IMG/VR virus record: IMGVR_UViG_3300025770_001492 | Location: 62,001 to 126,000 of that record | DNA: 64,000 nt | Reading direction: 5' to 3' (one strand) | Part shown: piece by piece, positions 8,123-18,065 of the stretch | How the letters are laid out: every line of letters starts with the position of its first letter | Position numbering within the stretch: the stretch's first letter is position 1 | Notes under the pieces: generated by a model | Database searches by the model: none | Told to the model about the DNA's origin: nothing | What the model saw: the letters and a program-made list of their open reading frames with translations, nothing else | Translations under genes and position numbers: made by a program

Positions 8123-9091
8123 TCAATTATTTTGAATATTTATATTTTTCCAAACGTCCCAAGAATCCTTCCAAAGGTGGGTGTTTTTTGCAAATCTTTG
8201 AATTCTTGACAATACCCACGATCTTGTTTGGCTCAAGTCCTGTCCGTATATGCGGAAACCATTTCCATGCCCCATTCCTATCACTTCTAGAAATTCGTCT
8301 ACATCTTTAACTGCATCCAAGTCAGAAGGAAACCCAGAATTATACTCTAAAAAATTGATAAACATGATCGTCCAATTCACTATCGACCAACCATCGAGGG
8401 TGCCTTCTGGAAGTCTGAGTTCTAAAGTTTCTCTAGACTTTAAATTTCTAATATAATTGACCAAATTCAAAGAAAACTTCTTTTGCTCATTGTTGTGAAT
8501 CCTCTTGTCAGTTGGCTTCATGATGTCCCAAAAAATATCAGGACTAGTTCGAATCTCTCGAACTAGTGAATTCGCTTTTTTGAAACTAAGGCTATCTCTC
8601 CATCTTTTGCAGTAATTGGAGTCAGATCTTCTTTCGGGAACCATGTTGAAAAAAATGTCTTCTACTTTAATCCAATTTGCCAATATGCTAGAAACTCGAT
8701 CTTCAGAAAAATCTGAAACATCAACATGAATATGAAATCCGCAGTTACAATTAACCAAAGCTCCTTGAGATTTCAAGAACTCTGCCACTTCTGCTATGTG
8801 AAGGATATCTTTTTTACCAGCAGCCTTATACGACGCCACTTCCCATCCAAACGGCTTCGACCATTGCGGAAATGAAGGAACTTCATCGCCACAAGTAGAA
8901 TCATGTTTGACATGCCAGTATGAATTATTTTTAGATTCAGCCCACCCTCTGGCAACTTTCACTCTTTTATGGGTCTTTTTAGAAATTATATCTGAAATTT
9001 GATTTCTGGAAAAATCAGAATCGCCAAACTCAATTTCTACACCAAAAAAACGATTACTATCAAATTCTTTATACTCGACTGAATTCAACAT
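8123..9091 (-). CDS. putative amidoligase (COOH-NH2 ligase type 2)
   Basis: FGVEIEF, HDSTC, WEVAS, CGFHIHV and TLELRLPEGT motifs. Confidence 0.85.
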   Translation of the reverse strand: MLNSVEYKEFDSNRFFGVEIEFGDSDFSRNQISDIISKKTHKRVKVARGWAESKNNSYWHVKHDSTCGDEVPSFPQWSKPFGWEVASYKAAGKKDILHIAEVAEFLKSQGALVNCNCGFHIHVDVSDFSEDRVSSILANWIKVEDIFFNMVPERRSDSNYCKRWRDSLSFKKANSLVREIRTSPDIFWDIMKPTDKRIHNNEQKKFSLNLVNYIRNLKSRETLELRLPEGTLDGWSIVNWTIMFINFLEYNSGFPSDLDAVKDVDEFLEVIGMGHGNGFRIYGQDLSQTRSWVLSRIQRFAKNTHLWKDSWDVWKNINIQNN

Positions 9092-9112
9092 GTCATAAAC
9101 TCTAATATGAAA

Positions 9113-9469
9113 TTACAAAGGTTCAGCTTCCTGTTCGACAACATTTCCGTTGTCATCAAGCCTCTCTGTGAGAACGGTTCTTCTTACATTCCTGTTAACG
9201 GGACCGATGTCCTTCAATCCTGTCTGCCTCGGAGAGGTATTACCAGATGCTTTCGTAAGATCATAGTCAAGACGAGTTGTAAAATTATCTTTTAGAATTT
9301 TTATTTGATCGGCTATTCTTAAAATAAAAGTAACAACAGAGAGAGTGAGGAGTAAATTTAAGACCGTAGCTACCAAAATTACAGAAATCACGACCCAAAG
9401 AGTAGCAGGGCTTATCCCCAATTGTTCCAACATTTCAATCTCCAAAATATTTCGCTTTGCAAGAGTCAA
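9113..9469 (-). CDS. single-TM hypothetical protein
   Basis: Long hydrophobic N-terminal stretch followed by a soluble tail; start uncertain. Confidence 0.6.
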   Translation of the reverse strand: MTLAKRNILEIEMLEQLGISPATLWVVISVILVATVLNLLLTLSVVTFILRIADQIKILKDNFTTRLDYDLTKASGNTSPRQTGLKDIGPVNRNVRRTVLTERLDDNGNVVEQEAEPL

Positions 9470-9481
9470 ATTATTGTTTAA

Positions 9482-12400
9482 CTATACAGGAAACAACGAT
9501 ATTATGTCAACCTTTCTTACGCCAGAAGATAAAACTGATTCTGAAATTTGAATTTTCAATTCAGGATCAGTTTGCCACCCGCCAACAAAGAATCCCATTG
9601 AATCATGAAAAACTTCATAATCTACAACATAAGGCGAGTTTCCTGAGACATAAGAGACTTTTGAGTCTACATCGATATTGAACTCAAAGTTTAACTTGTC
9701 GCTTACGCAAACAGTATCCCGACTAAATGTATACAACAACCTAGCATCATAATCTTCTAAGCTAACTAGATTCTTTCTCTTTATGTAAAGGGAAAGCTTC
9801 CAATTCGGGGTTTGTGTCTGTTCCGAGATAAAATTATTGTTATTACAAGTGAACTCAAACAAAAACGTCCACCTCTCTTGAGAAGAACCATCAATACCAA
9901 TGCCAGTATATTGAATGTTTTCTCTCCAAGAAACATTCAAAGAGTCGTACCTTAACGTTAAAATGTCTGGAAAAGTTATATCATTTAATGTTGAAAAACT
10001 CCTCAACAAAGTGCTTTTGTTTAAATTTTGTTTTAAACTTAAGGTCAAGGGAAGAGGATCGCATCCACAGATAGTGGTAACCGTACCGTCATCTATAGTT
10101 AAAGTATCGCCTGTAATAATGCCTGGGAATGAAGCCGCTTCTTCAGTCAACTCCGCTTCTGCTCCGATGTAAGCTGTTAAAGTTCCCAAGAAGGAGCTAA
10201 ACACTCCAGCACTGCCGCCCATACTCATACTTCCAGAGCCAGACGCACTCCAGCTAGAACTAATAACAACAGGATTACCGCTTAAACCAATTCCTCCTAA
10301 TGATTCATAACTATAATGAATTATAAAACCTGAAGATCCAGAAACCGATATGTCTCCTGTTGATTCAATAGATCTAGAAATCAAGACTTCTCCAGAAGCA
10401 GAAAGGCCACCACTGCCTGCATAAGTAACATAAGAAGAAACATCCTCAGAGTCACCTGAAATTATCAATCCTCCATCTCCTTCGTAAGAATGATTATTCT
10501 TTAAATTATTAGCCTCTCCAGATAATGTAATTCCTCCAGATGAAATATAGTTGAAACCACCAGTACTGACAGATGCTTCTCCTGAAGTAGAAATTAAAGG
10601 AAAGAGAGGAATAAATTCAAGAGCAACTTCCTGAACTGAACTTCCTTCTAAAAAGATTCCAGAACTAGCAACGAACGTATAGCTACTAGACTCATTAGCA
10701 ATCGTCCCCGATACCCCTATAGATCCAGATCCAATATAGGCATAAAACTCAGAAGAAATATCTGAATTTCCTAGCAGCACCACCTCGCCATTAGACTCGT
10801 AAATCCAAGAACTACTTTCTGTCGTTATGCTTCCAGAAGCAACTATTCCTCCTGTAGACTCATAAGAGTAAAATCCAACTTCTCCTGATGTTGCACTAGC
10901 GAATAGACCTCCGACAGATTCGTAGACAAAGAATGTATCTTGAATCGTTACATTCATACCCATGAAGACTTGAGGCTGCTCCGAAAGGCAAAACTCTGCA
11001 CACTCTGGTATTTGACAAAACTCTTCTTCAACCAACTCTAAGCAATCATGATTTATTCCTTGAGCTTCCTGACTCCGAATCACATTTAAATTGGCAGGTC
11101 TACTAAATCTTTTTATACTCTTAACAGGCCATATCATCGGATAAGAGAAATATGCTTGTTTTAATTTTTCGCAGACATCTGACACCGATCTTGCAACAAC
11201 AGTCTGGAAAAACCTTTTTCCTTGGGTGCATGTTTCACCGTCATCAAAAGTAGCGTTTTCGCAATCTGGCTGCTGGCAGTCACCTTCAACTCTATAAAAC
11301 ATTAATGGCGACTCGCCCACATCCCACTGGAAGTTCTGGAAGGAATAAACCTCTCCCTGTACAGCCCATTGGAAATCTTGAGTAAATATATAATCTACAA
11401 CAACTACTGTTTTGTTAAAGATATTTTCTGTAATTAAAAGACCGCCAGAAGATTCGAATGCTATCAGCCACTTGCTTTCTGCAAAACCTGACAGGCTGAG
11501 ACCGCCAGAAGATTCATATTTATAATCTTTTACCCCTTCATTTGAATCACCCGATATTATCACGCCGCCAGATGAAACATAGTTGAACCCACTTATCAAA
11601 TAGTCGGATTCCCCTGAAACAGATAATCCTCCAGATGATGTGAATCTTTTGGTTAACAATACATTTGCAGAACCTGAAAGTTGGACTCCACCTCTTGCTA
11701 CCCAGTCTCCCCTAACAGAAGAACTTCCCGATACAACTAATCCACCAGAAGATTCAAAAGCAAATGAATTCGATGTTACACCAGACTGGCCAGATAATAA
11801 TATTCCACCGGATGGAACAACAGGGATAATCAGTGAAGTTTCAGACTCTCCGCTTAATATAATTCCACCAGAAGCTTCGGCAGAATACTCCCTTTGATCT
11901 ATAGAATCCCCGGCTAGTACCAGACCGCCAGAACCTTCTACTGAAATGTTTGTCATTCCAGCATCAGACTCACCAGCAACTGACACTCCAACACCAGTCG
12001 TGCGAAGCAAATCAGAACTGCCACTTAATGTAATTCCTCCGTCAGATTCGGCAGGAATAGACATAGAATAAAAATAAAACCCAGAGTTATAATGAGCAGA
12101 GACATCTTCTGTGCTTAAAACTGAATTCCAATAAGCGGTGTAGCCTAATTGCCCATCAAAGAATTTGGGAGATGCCGTCCCAGATTGAGTCACATATCCA
12201 AGATGCCCACCAACCAAATTTCTGTCTCCAGAAGGGTTGCATCCGGTACATGCTCCTCTGTCGTCGTACAATCTCGCCAACTTAGTTGTGGTTTGTGTTC
12301 CTATCAACTCTCCGTTCAAATAAGCTTTTAATGTCGCTCCAGTTGATGGCCAATTACTTTCAAAAGTAATCACCACCTGGTGGGGTTTGTCCCAATTTGC

Positions 12401-15400
12401 AACAAAGTCAAGAGCAGAACCGCCTGCATTCGGGGTAAACCCCCCTCCAAGACGGATGCTCCAAGGTTCTGCAACTCCTACATCTGTTGTAGAATCGTAA
12501 ATCCATATGTCTAAGTAATTACCCCTAGAGGGGTTAACTACGCTGTTACTACCATAATCAATCCAAATACCATGACCAAAATCATTTATTGCTGGAGATG
12601 GCCCTCCTACTCCCTGATGCCAAAGAGGCATGTTTTGATTAAAAGATGAGTATATTGATTTCGTTGGCAAGAACCAAATTTCTACACTCTTAGATGTATA
12701 GGGACCACCAGTGTTTATAAAATCGCTGTCTGGTATTAGAACTCTATCGGCGTCGATTGCACTAAGGTCAATTGTTGTATCTGTAGTGGCTTGAATTATA
12801 GGAGGAGACCCAAGATCGATAGGTCCTACATACTCTCCATCTAAAGAATCACCCTCTGTTCCAAGATTGTCCGATACTGTTCCAGAAGATTCATTGAATT
12901 TCCAGAATCCAACTGCGTCGGATGATGTTATCAAGTCGGACAATGTCAAAGGAAGAACTCTAATCCCCCCGCTGGCTATAAATTTCCTTTCAAGAGATGC
13001 CTCTCCAGAAAGTGTAATACCACCAGAAGATGTGTGTGATATTATTGGCAAAGCATCTGCAACCCCTGTGAGGGATATTCCACCAGAAGAAGTGTAGTCA
13101 AACGAAGAAGCAACTAAGTCGGCTTGGCCAGACATCGAAACTCCGCCCTCTCCATCCATTTGCCTTGTGACGTAAACATTAGATTCTCCACTTAAGGAGA
13201 CCCCACCTCTTGCTAACCAATCCCCCCTAATAGAAGAGTTTCCTGATATAGCCAAGCCGCCAGAAGGCTCAAAACTAAATGATGAAGAAGTTACGCCAGA
13301 CTGACCAGATAATGATACTCCACCTCCTGCAATGTAGAGACTGACATAAGCATCAGAGCCTCCGCCTATCGTGATCCCTCCAGAACCTGTAACAGACTGT
13401 TGCCATTTCGATTCCGTCGTAGATCTTAGTATCAGACCGCCAGAACCTTCTACTGAGGTATTTGTCATTCCAGCATCAGACTCGCCAGAAGTTATTACGC
13501 CACCACCTGATGTGAAACTTATTTCATATGGTTCATAACTTCCGCTAAGTGTAACTCCACCAGAACCTTCAACAAAATATTGTTCTTGCTCTTCGGAATC
13601 CCCGCTTAGTATCAGACCGCCAGAACCTTCAAAAATACGTGCTCCTGATATCGTGACAGATTCACCAGAAACTGTTGCCCTAACGCCAGTTGTGCGAAGC
13701 AAATCAGAACTGCCGCTTAGTGCAATGCCGCCAGAACCTTCAACAAAATATTGTTCTTGCTCTTCGGAATCCCCGCTTAGTATCAGACCACCAGAACCTT
13801 CTACTAAGTAGTAGCTTGACATCAAGTAGTCAGATTCACCAGAAACTGCTACCCCAACACCCGTTGTACGAAGCAAATCAGAACTGCCGCTTAGTGTAAT
13901 GCCTCCGTCAGATTCAGCAGGAATGGATAGGCCATATGGAAAATAAGTATACGACTGTCTAGTTTCTATGTCAGACTGAGATAAGACTATATTGTAAGAT
14001 GCGATGTATCCAATTCGGCCTTCAAAGAAGTTGCCAATACCAGAAACATCACCATCATGATATTTAGTTTGGCCTCTTACTCCGAAGTATCCAGTTGCCA
14101 CTGGAATGATAGACATGCTACCCACAGAAAGATCACTGCCAACTTCTGTACCATTTAAATAAAGTCTAAAAGATGTGCTGTCCAAGAAAGTTAAAACAAC
14201 ATGATATATCTCGCCCAACTCCAGATCATCAACATTAATGAAAGCCTGCCAAGAGTTAGATGTGTCCCACGCTCCAGCATACAAACTAGATCCATCTAAA
14301 TAGATATTGAACCCGTTTGCAGCATTACCTGCGGTGTATATGGCCCGTCTGCCACTTAAGGAATTTGGACTAACCCACAATTCAATGGACTTATCTCCAC
14401 TCGCTCTTAACTCGGTTCCGTCAGACCTCTCTACTCTGTCATCACCAGGAATTTTCTGAAAATCTCGCACAAGTGGAGACTCTGTAGGAATGAGTCCCTC
14501 TGACCAACGTATATTACCTTCGTGAATCCCATTCTCGGCACTACCAGAACTGCTTCGGTTTTTAGCCACGGTTCCAGAACCCTCGTCCAACGGCCAGAAT
14601 CCTGCGGATTCGGAAGCCATTAGTGTAAACAGACGAGGACTCCTTAGTGTCAAGCCGCCTGAAGCAATAATTTTCGGCGTAATGTCTACTTCGCCTGAAA
14701 TCGACACTCCTCCAGATCCTGTGACAAAAAGCTGCACTTCCTCTACGGCATCCCCACTTAGCACCAATCCACCAGAAGATACAAAACTTATCTTGTATGG
14801 TTCGTAGCTGCCACCTAGTGTGATTCCGCCTTCTGAAACGTGTCTGTAACCCGTTATTAAATGATCAGACTCTCCAGACAAGATAAATGGATTAGAAGAT
14901 CTGTAAGTTATTGAGGGCCAGAATCGGTTTGCTAGTGTCACAGCGGGTTCTCCGCCATCGGCCACCAGTCCTCCTGAAGGATTCCCATCCAGAATCATGT
15001 TGAAGTTATAAACTCCAGCAGAATAATGTCTTCTAACTTCCGTTGCCGATAAAGTTGCATTTTGCAGAGAAAGATGGTTTATTTTTCCATTAAAATAATT
15101 TCCAACCAAAAACCCATCATGGTATTCTACACCGGCTGTGGTGCCGCCAATGAAAGGGGCTTGAGTGTGTGACCGAAGCTGACCGCAACTTTCAGATCCA
15201 ATTTCTTCTCCATTCAAGTACCCTTTGAGTTGACCCCCTGTATTTGACAAGGTTGGATTATCGAATGTAAGCACAACATGATAGATCCCTCCTGCATCAA
15301 CAGGAGCGGATACAAATTTTTCCCATTGGCTCGCACCGGCACCACCATTGTTATATCCATAAACATAAAGAATTCCGTCAAGGATGTATATATTTAACCC

Positions 15401-16774
15401 TCTTGTCCCTCCACCCTGACAATATATTGTGCGTCTTCCATAAGTAGAATATGCTTGAAACCAAATTTCAACGCTTTTGTTCGGATAGCCACCGCTCGAC
15501 GTGCCCCCAGCAGCGAGTGGATTGTTGCCTATTAAATCATTGGCCGGAATTGACACATAGTCGTTTACTCCATCAAACTCAGCAGCGAAACCCCCTACTT
15601 CCTGAAGTATGCCACCCTCTCCAGTAGTCACAAAGTTTTTATATGTTCCATCAACTGCTGTGCCAATCGTTCCATAATTTTCAGCAACAGAAGCACCTGA
15701 CGATTCATCCAACTTCCAATATGCTATTGGTTGAGAACCAGATACAATGTCAACATAAGAGTCTTTTGATATAATCAAAGAACCTTGAGACATTGCTCTA
15801 AGTTCAGTGATTGAAGCAGCACTTGTTCCAGAAACTGACACCCCGCCCGATGCTGTGACGTACCTTTCGTCTGATTTGTCCAGAGCGGTTGATTCACCTG
15901 CGACAGAGATGCCACCAGAAGATACGCCGCCCCAAGCACTACTTTTAACTGACGACTGGCCCGATATTACAACGCCACCACTTGAGGTGTCAGATAAACT
16001 AAAGGATATTTCAGCCTGTCCTCCTATCGAAATCCCACCATTTACAGAATGACTTAATCTAAGATCGACATCTGCCGTGCCGCTAATCGTTTTTGGCCTC
16101 TCTTCTGCTAGTGTATCCGCCCAATAACTTAAATCAGATTGTAGAAGCAATCCTGATCCTGCAATTGTCACGACACCAGCATAATAGGCGTCGTTTTCTT
16201 TAACAATTCCGTCATTAAAACCATTATATTTTCCATCGCTGGAATCCGCCCACGGATGGTTTGATGCAGGTTGCCCAGCAGTCTCCATCGGAGACCCATC
16301 ATCTGATTGGTCTTCTGCAACTAAGACATTATCTACCCATACCCGAACCCTCGCTACTGGTTCGACTTGAAATTCCCACATTAAATCAAAATCTACATTC
16401 TGTGGCAGGGATGCAGTGGATATTTCAACTCTAGCGTAATTGTTTACATCGACCTCAGGGGTTCCTGGCCCGCCCGGGGGATATTTTCCATCTCCCATTC
16501 TGACAATCAATGTGCTTGATGAATTAAAGCCGCAATATCCACCTTTGGTATTCGACCCCATTTCAAAAATGCAACCGTATGGATTTTTTCCCGTTGGTAT
16601 TTTTATAGTTGCTTTGAATACAGAGTTTTGATTTGACCCCATGCTGGGAACAGCACCACCGGAATTGTAGTTATAGTCTCTGGTTATATTGGTGCCACTA
16701 GTGATCGATTCATCAGCAGATACAATAGGAGTCGGATCAAAATCAATGTCTGTTGCAAAACTGAAATCCGCCAT
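9482..16774 (-). CDS. giant (~2,430 aa) LamG/concanavalin-A-domain repeat protein, probably virion-associated
   Basis: Three YWKLDE/FWPLDE/FWKFNE LamG modules plus an N-terminal beta-sandwich, separated by dozens of SGG-x-x-SG repeats; Cys-rich C-terminal region; AGGAAGGAAG before ATG at 16774 (MADFSF). Confidence 0.75.
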   Translation of the reverse strand: MADFSFATDIDFDPTPIVSADESITSGTNITRDYNYNSGGAVPSMGSNQNSVFKATIKIPTGKNPYGCIFEMGSNTKGGYCGFNSSSTLIVRMGDGKYPPGGPGTPEVDVNNYARVEISTASLPQNVDFDLMWEFQVEPVARVRVWVDNVLVAEDQSDDGSPMETAGQPASNHPWADSSDGKYNGFNDGIVKENDAYYAGVVTIAGSGLLLQSDLSYWADTLAEERPKTISGTADVDLRLSHSVNGGISIGGQAEISFSLSDTSSGGVVISGQSSVKSSAWGGVSSGGISVAGESTALDKSDERYVTASGGVSVSGTSAASITELRAMSQGSLIISKDSYVDIVSGSQPIAYWKLDESSGASVAENYGTIGTAVDGTYKNFVTTGEGGILQEVGGFAAEFDGVNDYVSIPANDLIGNNPLAAGGTSSGGYPNKSVEIWFQAYSTYGRRTIYCQGGGTRGLNIYILDGILYVYGYNNGGAGASQWEKFVSAPVDAGGIYHVVLTFDNPTLSNTGGQLKGYLNGEEIGSESCGQLRSHTQAPFIGGTTAGVEYHDGFLVGNYFNGKINHLSLQNATLSATEVRRHYSAGVYNFNMILDGNPSGGLVADGGEPAVTLANRFWPSITYRSSNPFILSGESDHLITGYRHVSEGGITLGGSYEPYKISFVSSGGLVLSGDAVEEVQLFVTGSGGVSISGEVDITPKIIASGGLTLRSPRLFTLMASESAGFWPLDEGSGTVAKNRSSSGSAENGIHEGNIRWSEGLIPTESPLVRDFQKIPGDDRVERSDGTELRASGDKSIELWVSPNSLSGRRAIYTAGNAANGFNIYLDGSSLYAGAWDTSNSWQAFINVDDLELGEIYHVVLTFLDSTSFRLYLNGTEVGSDLSVGSMSIIPVATGYFGVRGQTKYHDGDVSGIGNFFEGRIGYIASYNIVLSQSDIETRQSYTYFPYGLSIPAESDGGITLSGSSDLLRTTGVGVAVSGESDYLMSSYYLVEGSGGLILSGDSEEQEQYFVEGSGGIALSGSSDLLRTTGVRATVSGESVTISGARIFEGSGGLILSGDSEEQEQYFVEGSGGVTLSGSYEPYEISFTSGGGVITSGESDAGMTNTSVEGSGGLILRSTTESKWQQSVTGSGGITIGGGSDAYVSLYIAGGGVSLSGQSGVTSSSFSFEPSGGLAISGNSSIRGDWLARGGVSLSGESNVYVTRQMDGEGGVSMSGQADLVASSFDYTSSGGISLTGVADALPIISHTSSGGITLSGEASLERKFIASGGIRVLPLTLSDLITSSDAVGFWKFNESSGTVSDNLGTEGDSLDGEYVGPIDLGSPPIIQATTDTTIDLSAIDADRVLIPDSDFINTGGPYTSKSVEIWFLPTKSIYSSFNQNMPLWHQGVGGPSPAINDFGHGIWIDYGSNSVVNPSRGNYLDIWIYDSTTDVGVAEPWSIRLGGGFTPNAGGSALDFVANWDKPHQVVITFESNWPSTGATLKAYLNGELIGTQTTTKLARLYDDRGACTGCNPSGDRNLVGGHLGYVTQSGTASPKFFDGQLGYTAYWNSVLSTEDVSAHYNSGFYFYSMSIPAESDGGITLSGSSDLLRTTGVGVSVAGESDAGMTNISVEGSGGLVLAGDSIDQREYSAEASGGIILSGESETSLIIPVVPSGGILLSGQSGVTSNSFAFESSGGLVVSGSSSVRGDWVARGGVQLSGSANVLLTKRFTSSGGLSVSGESDYLISGFNYVSSGGVIISGDSNEGVKDYKYESSGGLSLSGFAESKWLIAFESSGGLLITENIFNKTVVVVDYIFTQDFQWAVQGEVYSFQNFQWDVGESPLMFYRVEGDCQQPDCENATFDDGETCTQGKRFFQTVVARSVSDVCEKLKQAYFSYPMIWPVKSIKRFSRPANLNVIRSQEAQGINHDCLELVEEEFCQIPECAEFCLSEQPQVFMGMNVTIQDTFFVYESVGGLFASATSGEVGFYSYESTGGIVASGSITTESSSWIYESNGEVVLLGNSDISSEFYAYIGSGSIGVSGTIANESSSYTFVASSGIFLEGSSVQEVALEFIPLFPLISTSGEASVSTGGFNYISSGGITLSGEANNLKNNHSYEGDGGLIISGDSEDVSSYVTYAGSGGLSASGEVLISRSIESTGDISVSGSSGFIIHYSYESLGGIGLSGNPVVISSSWSASGSGSMSMGGSAGVFSSFLGTLTAYIGAEAELTEEAASFPGIITGDTLTIDDGTVTTICGCDPLPLTLSLKQNLNKSTLLRSFSTLNDITFPDILTLRYDSLNVSWRENIQYTGIGIDGSSQERWTFLFEFTCNNNNFISEQTQTPNWKLSLYIKRKNLVSLEDYDARLLYTFSRDTVCVSDKLNFEFNIDVDSKVSYVSGNSPYVVDYEVFHDSMGFFVGGWQTDPELKIQISESVLSSGVRKVDIISLFPV
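13560..13789. repeat. 59-bp identical direct repeat in the giant gene
   Basis: ccagaaccttcaacaaaatattgttcttgctcttcggaatccccgcttagtatcagacc at 13560-13618 and 13731-13789; further near-identical repeats at ~12003/13695/13869 and 11921/13433. Confidence 0.9.
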
Positions 16775-16776
16775 GG

Positions 16777-16911
16777 TCAGTCTTCCTTCCTGTGTGAAGC
16801 GTCCTTGAACAAGTCGCCAATTGAAGACCAAGATTGCGCAGGCGATACCACATCAGACTTGCCACTTGTCTGATAACTCCCGCTATCTGCTGTGTAAACG
16901 AAATCAGCCAT
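16777..16911 (-). CDS. 44-aa ORF resembling the start and linker repeats of the downstream giant protein
   Basis: MADFVYTADSGSYQTSGKSDVVSPAQSWSSIGDLFKDASHRKED; not in the ORF track; same MADF start as the giant gene. Confidence 0.55.
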   Translation of the reverse strand: MADFVYTADSGSYQTSGKSDVVSPAQSWSSIGDLFKDASHRKED

Positions 16912-16915
16912 ATTT

Positions 16916-17575
16916 TTATTCACTAAGTTTATCTAAAATTTGACCAACCAAAGGATGACGAACTATGTTGTCATTCTTAAACCTGATTATTCCTATTCCT
17001 TTTAAAGTTTCCAAACGAGTCATCACATCGACCAATCCAGTTCTATTCCCAATGTCGCTTTGCATTGGGTCGCCTGTTATTATCAGCTTGCTATTTTCTC
17101 CAAATCTACTCATAAACAAGGTCAGTTGACCCTTGGTAGCATTTTGAGATTCATCAAAAATGCAAATCGAATCATCAAAAGTTCTTCCTCTCATGTACGC
17201 AATTGGAGCAACTTCTATGCATTTTTCTACTTCTTCTCTCTGCGGTCCTTGATAACCAACGAGCTTTCCTAGAACATCATAAAGAGGAGACATGTATGGA
17301 TCGACTTTCTCTTGAAAATCTCCAGGCAAAAATCCTAAATTTTCACCCGACTCAACAATCGGTCTTGTTAAAATTATTCTTTTACAATTTTTTTGAAGCA
17401 ATTCGCTAATTGCAAAAGCCATCGCTAGATGAGTCTTGCCCACTCCTGCGGGTCCTGTAAGAAACAACACGTCATGTTGCTGGAATGCTGCCCATGCTAA
17501 CTTTTGTGCCGTATTTTTAAATTCCATGTGGAATTTATTACTCGAAGAGGACTTTTGACGTTTCCTTGGTGCCAT
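16916..17575 (-). CDS. phoH: PhoH family ATPase
   Basis: GPAGVGKT Walker A, RGRTF and DESQN motifs; GGAG SD before ATG at 17575. Confidence 0.95.
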   Translation of the reverse strand: MAPRKRQKSSSSNKFHMEFKNTAQKLAWAAFQQHDVLFLTGPAGVGKTHLAMAFAISELLQKNCKRIILTRPIVESGENLGFLPGDFQEKVDPYMSPLYDVLGKLVGYQGPQREEVEKCIEVAPIAYMRGRTFDDSICIFDESQNATKGQLTLFMSRFGENSKLIITGDPMQSDIGNRTGLVDVMTRLETLKGIGIIRFKNDNIVRHPLVGQILDKLSE

Positions 17576-17624
17576 ATATGATACTCCAATACTAAAAAGG
17601 CTTGTACTGTATATATCAATCAAC

Positions 17625-17659
17625 AAAAAAGAAAAGCTCGCTTAAAAGCGAGCTTTTCT
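17625..17659 (-). terminator. intrinsic terminator
   Basis: 12-bp stem agaaaagctcgc/gcgagcttttct followed by a U-tract on the minus strand. Confidence 0.8.
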
Positions 17660-18065
17660 AGCCATGCACCTATTGCCACAAAAATTTGCTAAATTATTTG
17701 GTTTAATTTGTTATTTTGGCGGGTTGCACCAAAACTAAACTCAACTAACAAAACATCCGCATGGAACAATTAAAAATAAAAAAGAAACGTAATACGATTA
17801 AACAAAGTTTCTTTAGCGGAATAAAGAAAACAATTCTTTTTTATTCTAAAAATTTATCCATTTATCAAGTCTGTGTTAATGGCAATCAATGTAAATAGCA
17901 GCATGAAATCACGTTAACTGAATCGTGGCTCAGTTGGGCATTGCTTTAAGTTTCAAGTCTTCAAACAAGACTCCTTTTTACATAAGGACATGACGGAAAT
18001 TAAAATCTATCGTCTGATTCCCTTTTACAATTAGAAATTATTAAAAGGGCATAATTTCTAACTTT
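17660..18065 (-). other. ORF-free, hairpin-rich intergenic region (candidate ncRNA or replication origin)
   Basis: At least six stem-loops visible by eye, bounded by a TTGAAA-N17-TATTAA promoter-like site (~18066-18094) and the 17625 terminator. Confidence 0.35.

Noticed and set aside
11921-13888. Repeat pairs in the giant gene as a DGR template/variable region
   Set aside because: The differences between copies are not adenine-specific, the repeats are internal linkers, and no reverse transcriptase is in the window
16775-16831. Programmed -1 frameshift fusing the 44-aa ORF to the giant protein; track start at 16831
   Set aside because: No slippery heptamer or A-AAG in a suitable frame within the overlap, and ATG 16774 has its own purine-rich SD
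17900-17990. Short minus-strand ORF after AAGGAG (TTG TTT GAA...MPN stop) with possible TGA read-through
   Set aside because: Only 12 codons, with further stops soon after; better explained as part of the hairpin-rich region, though a leader peptide is not excluded
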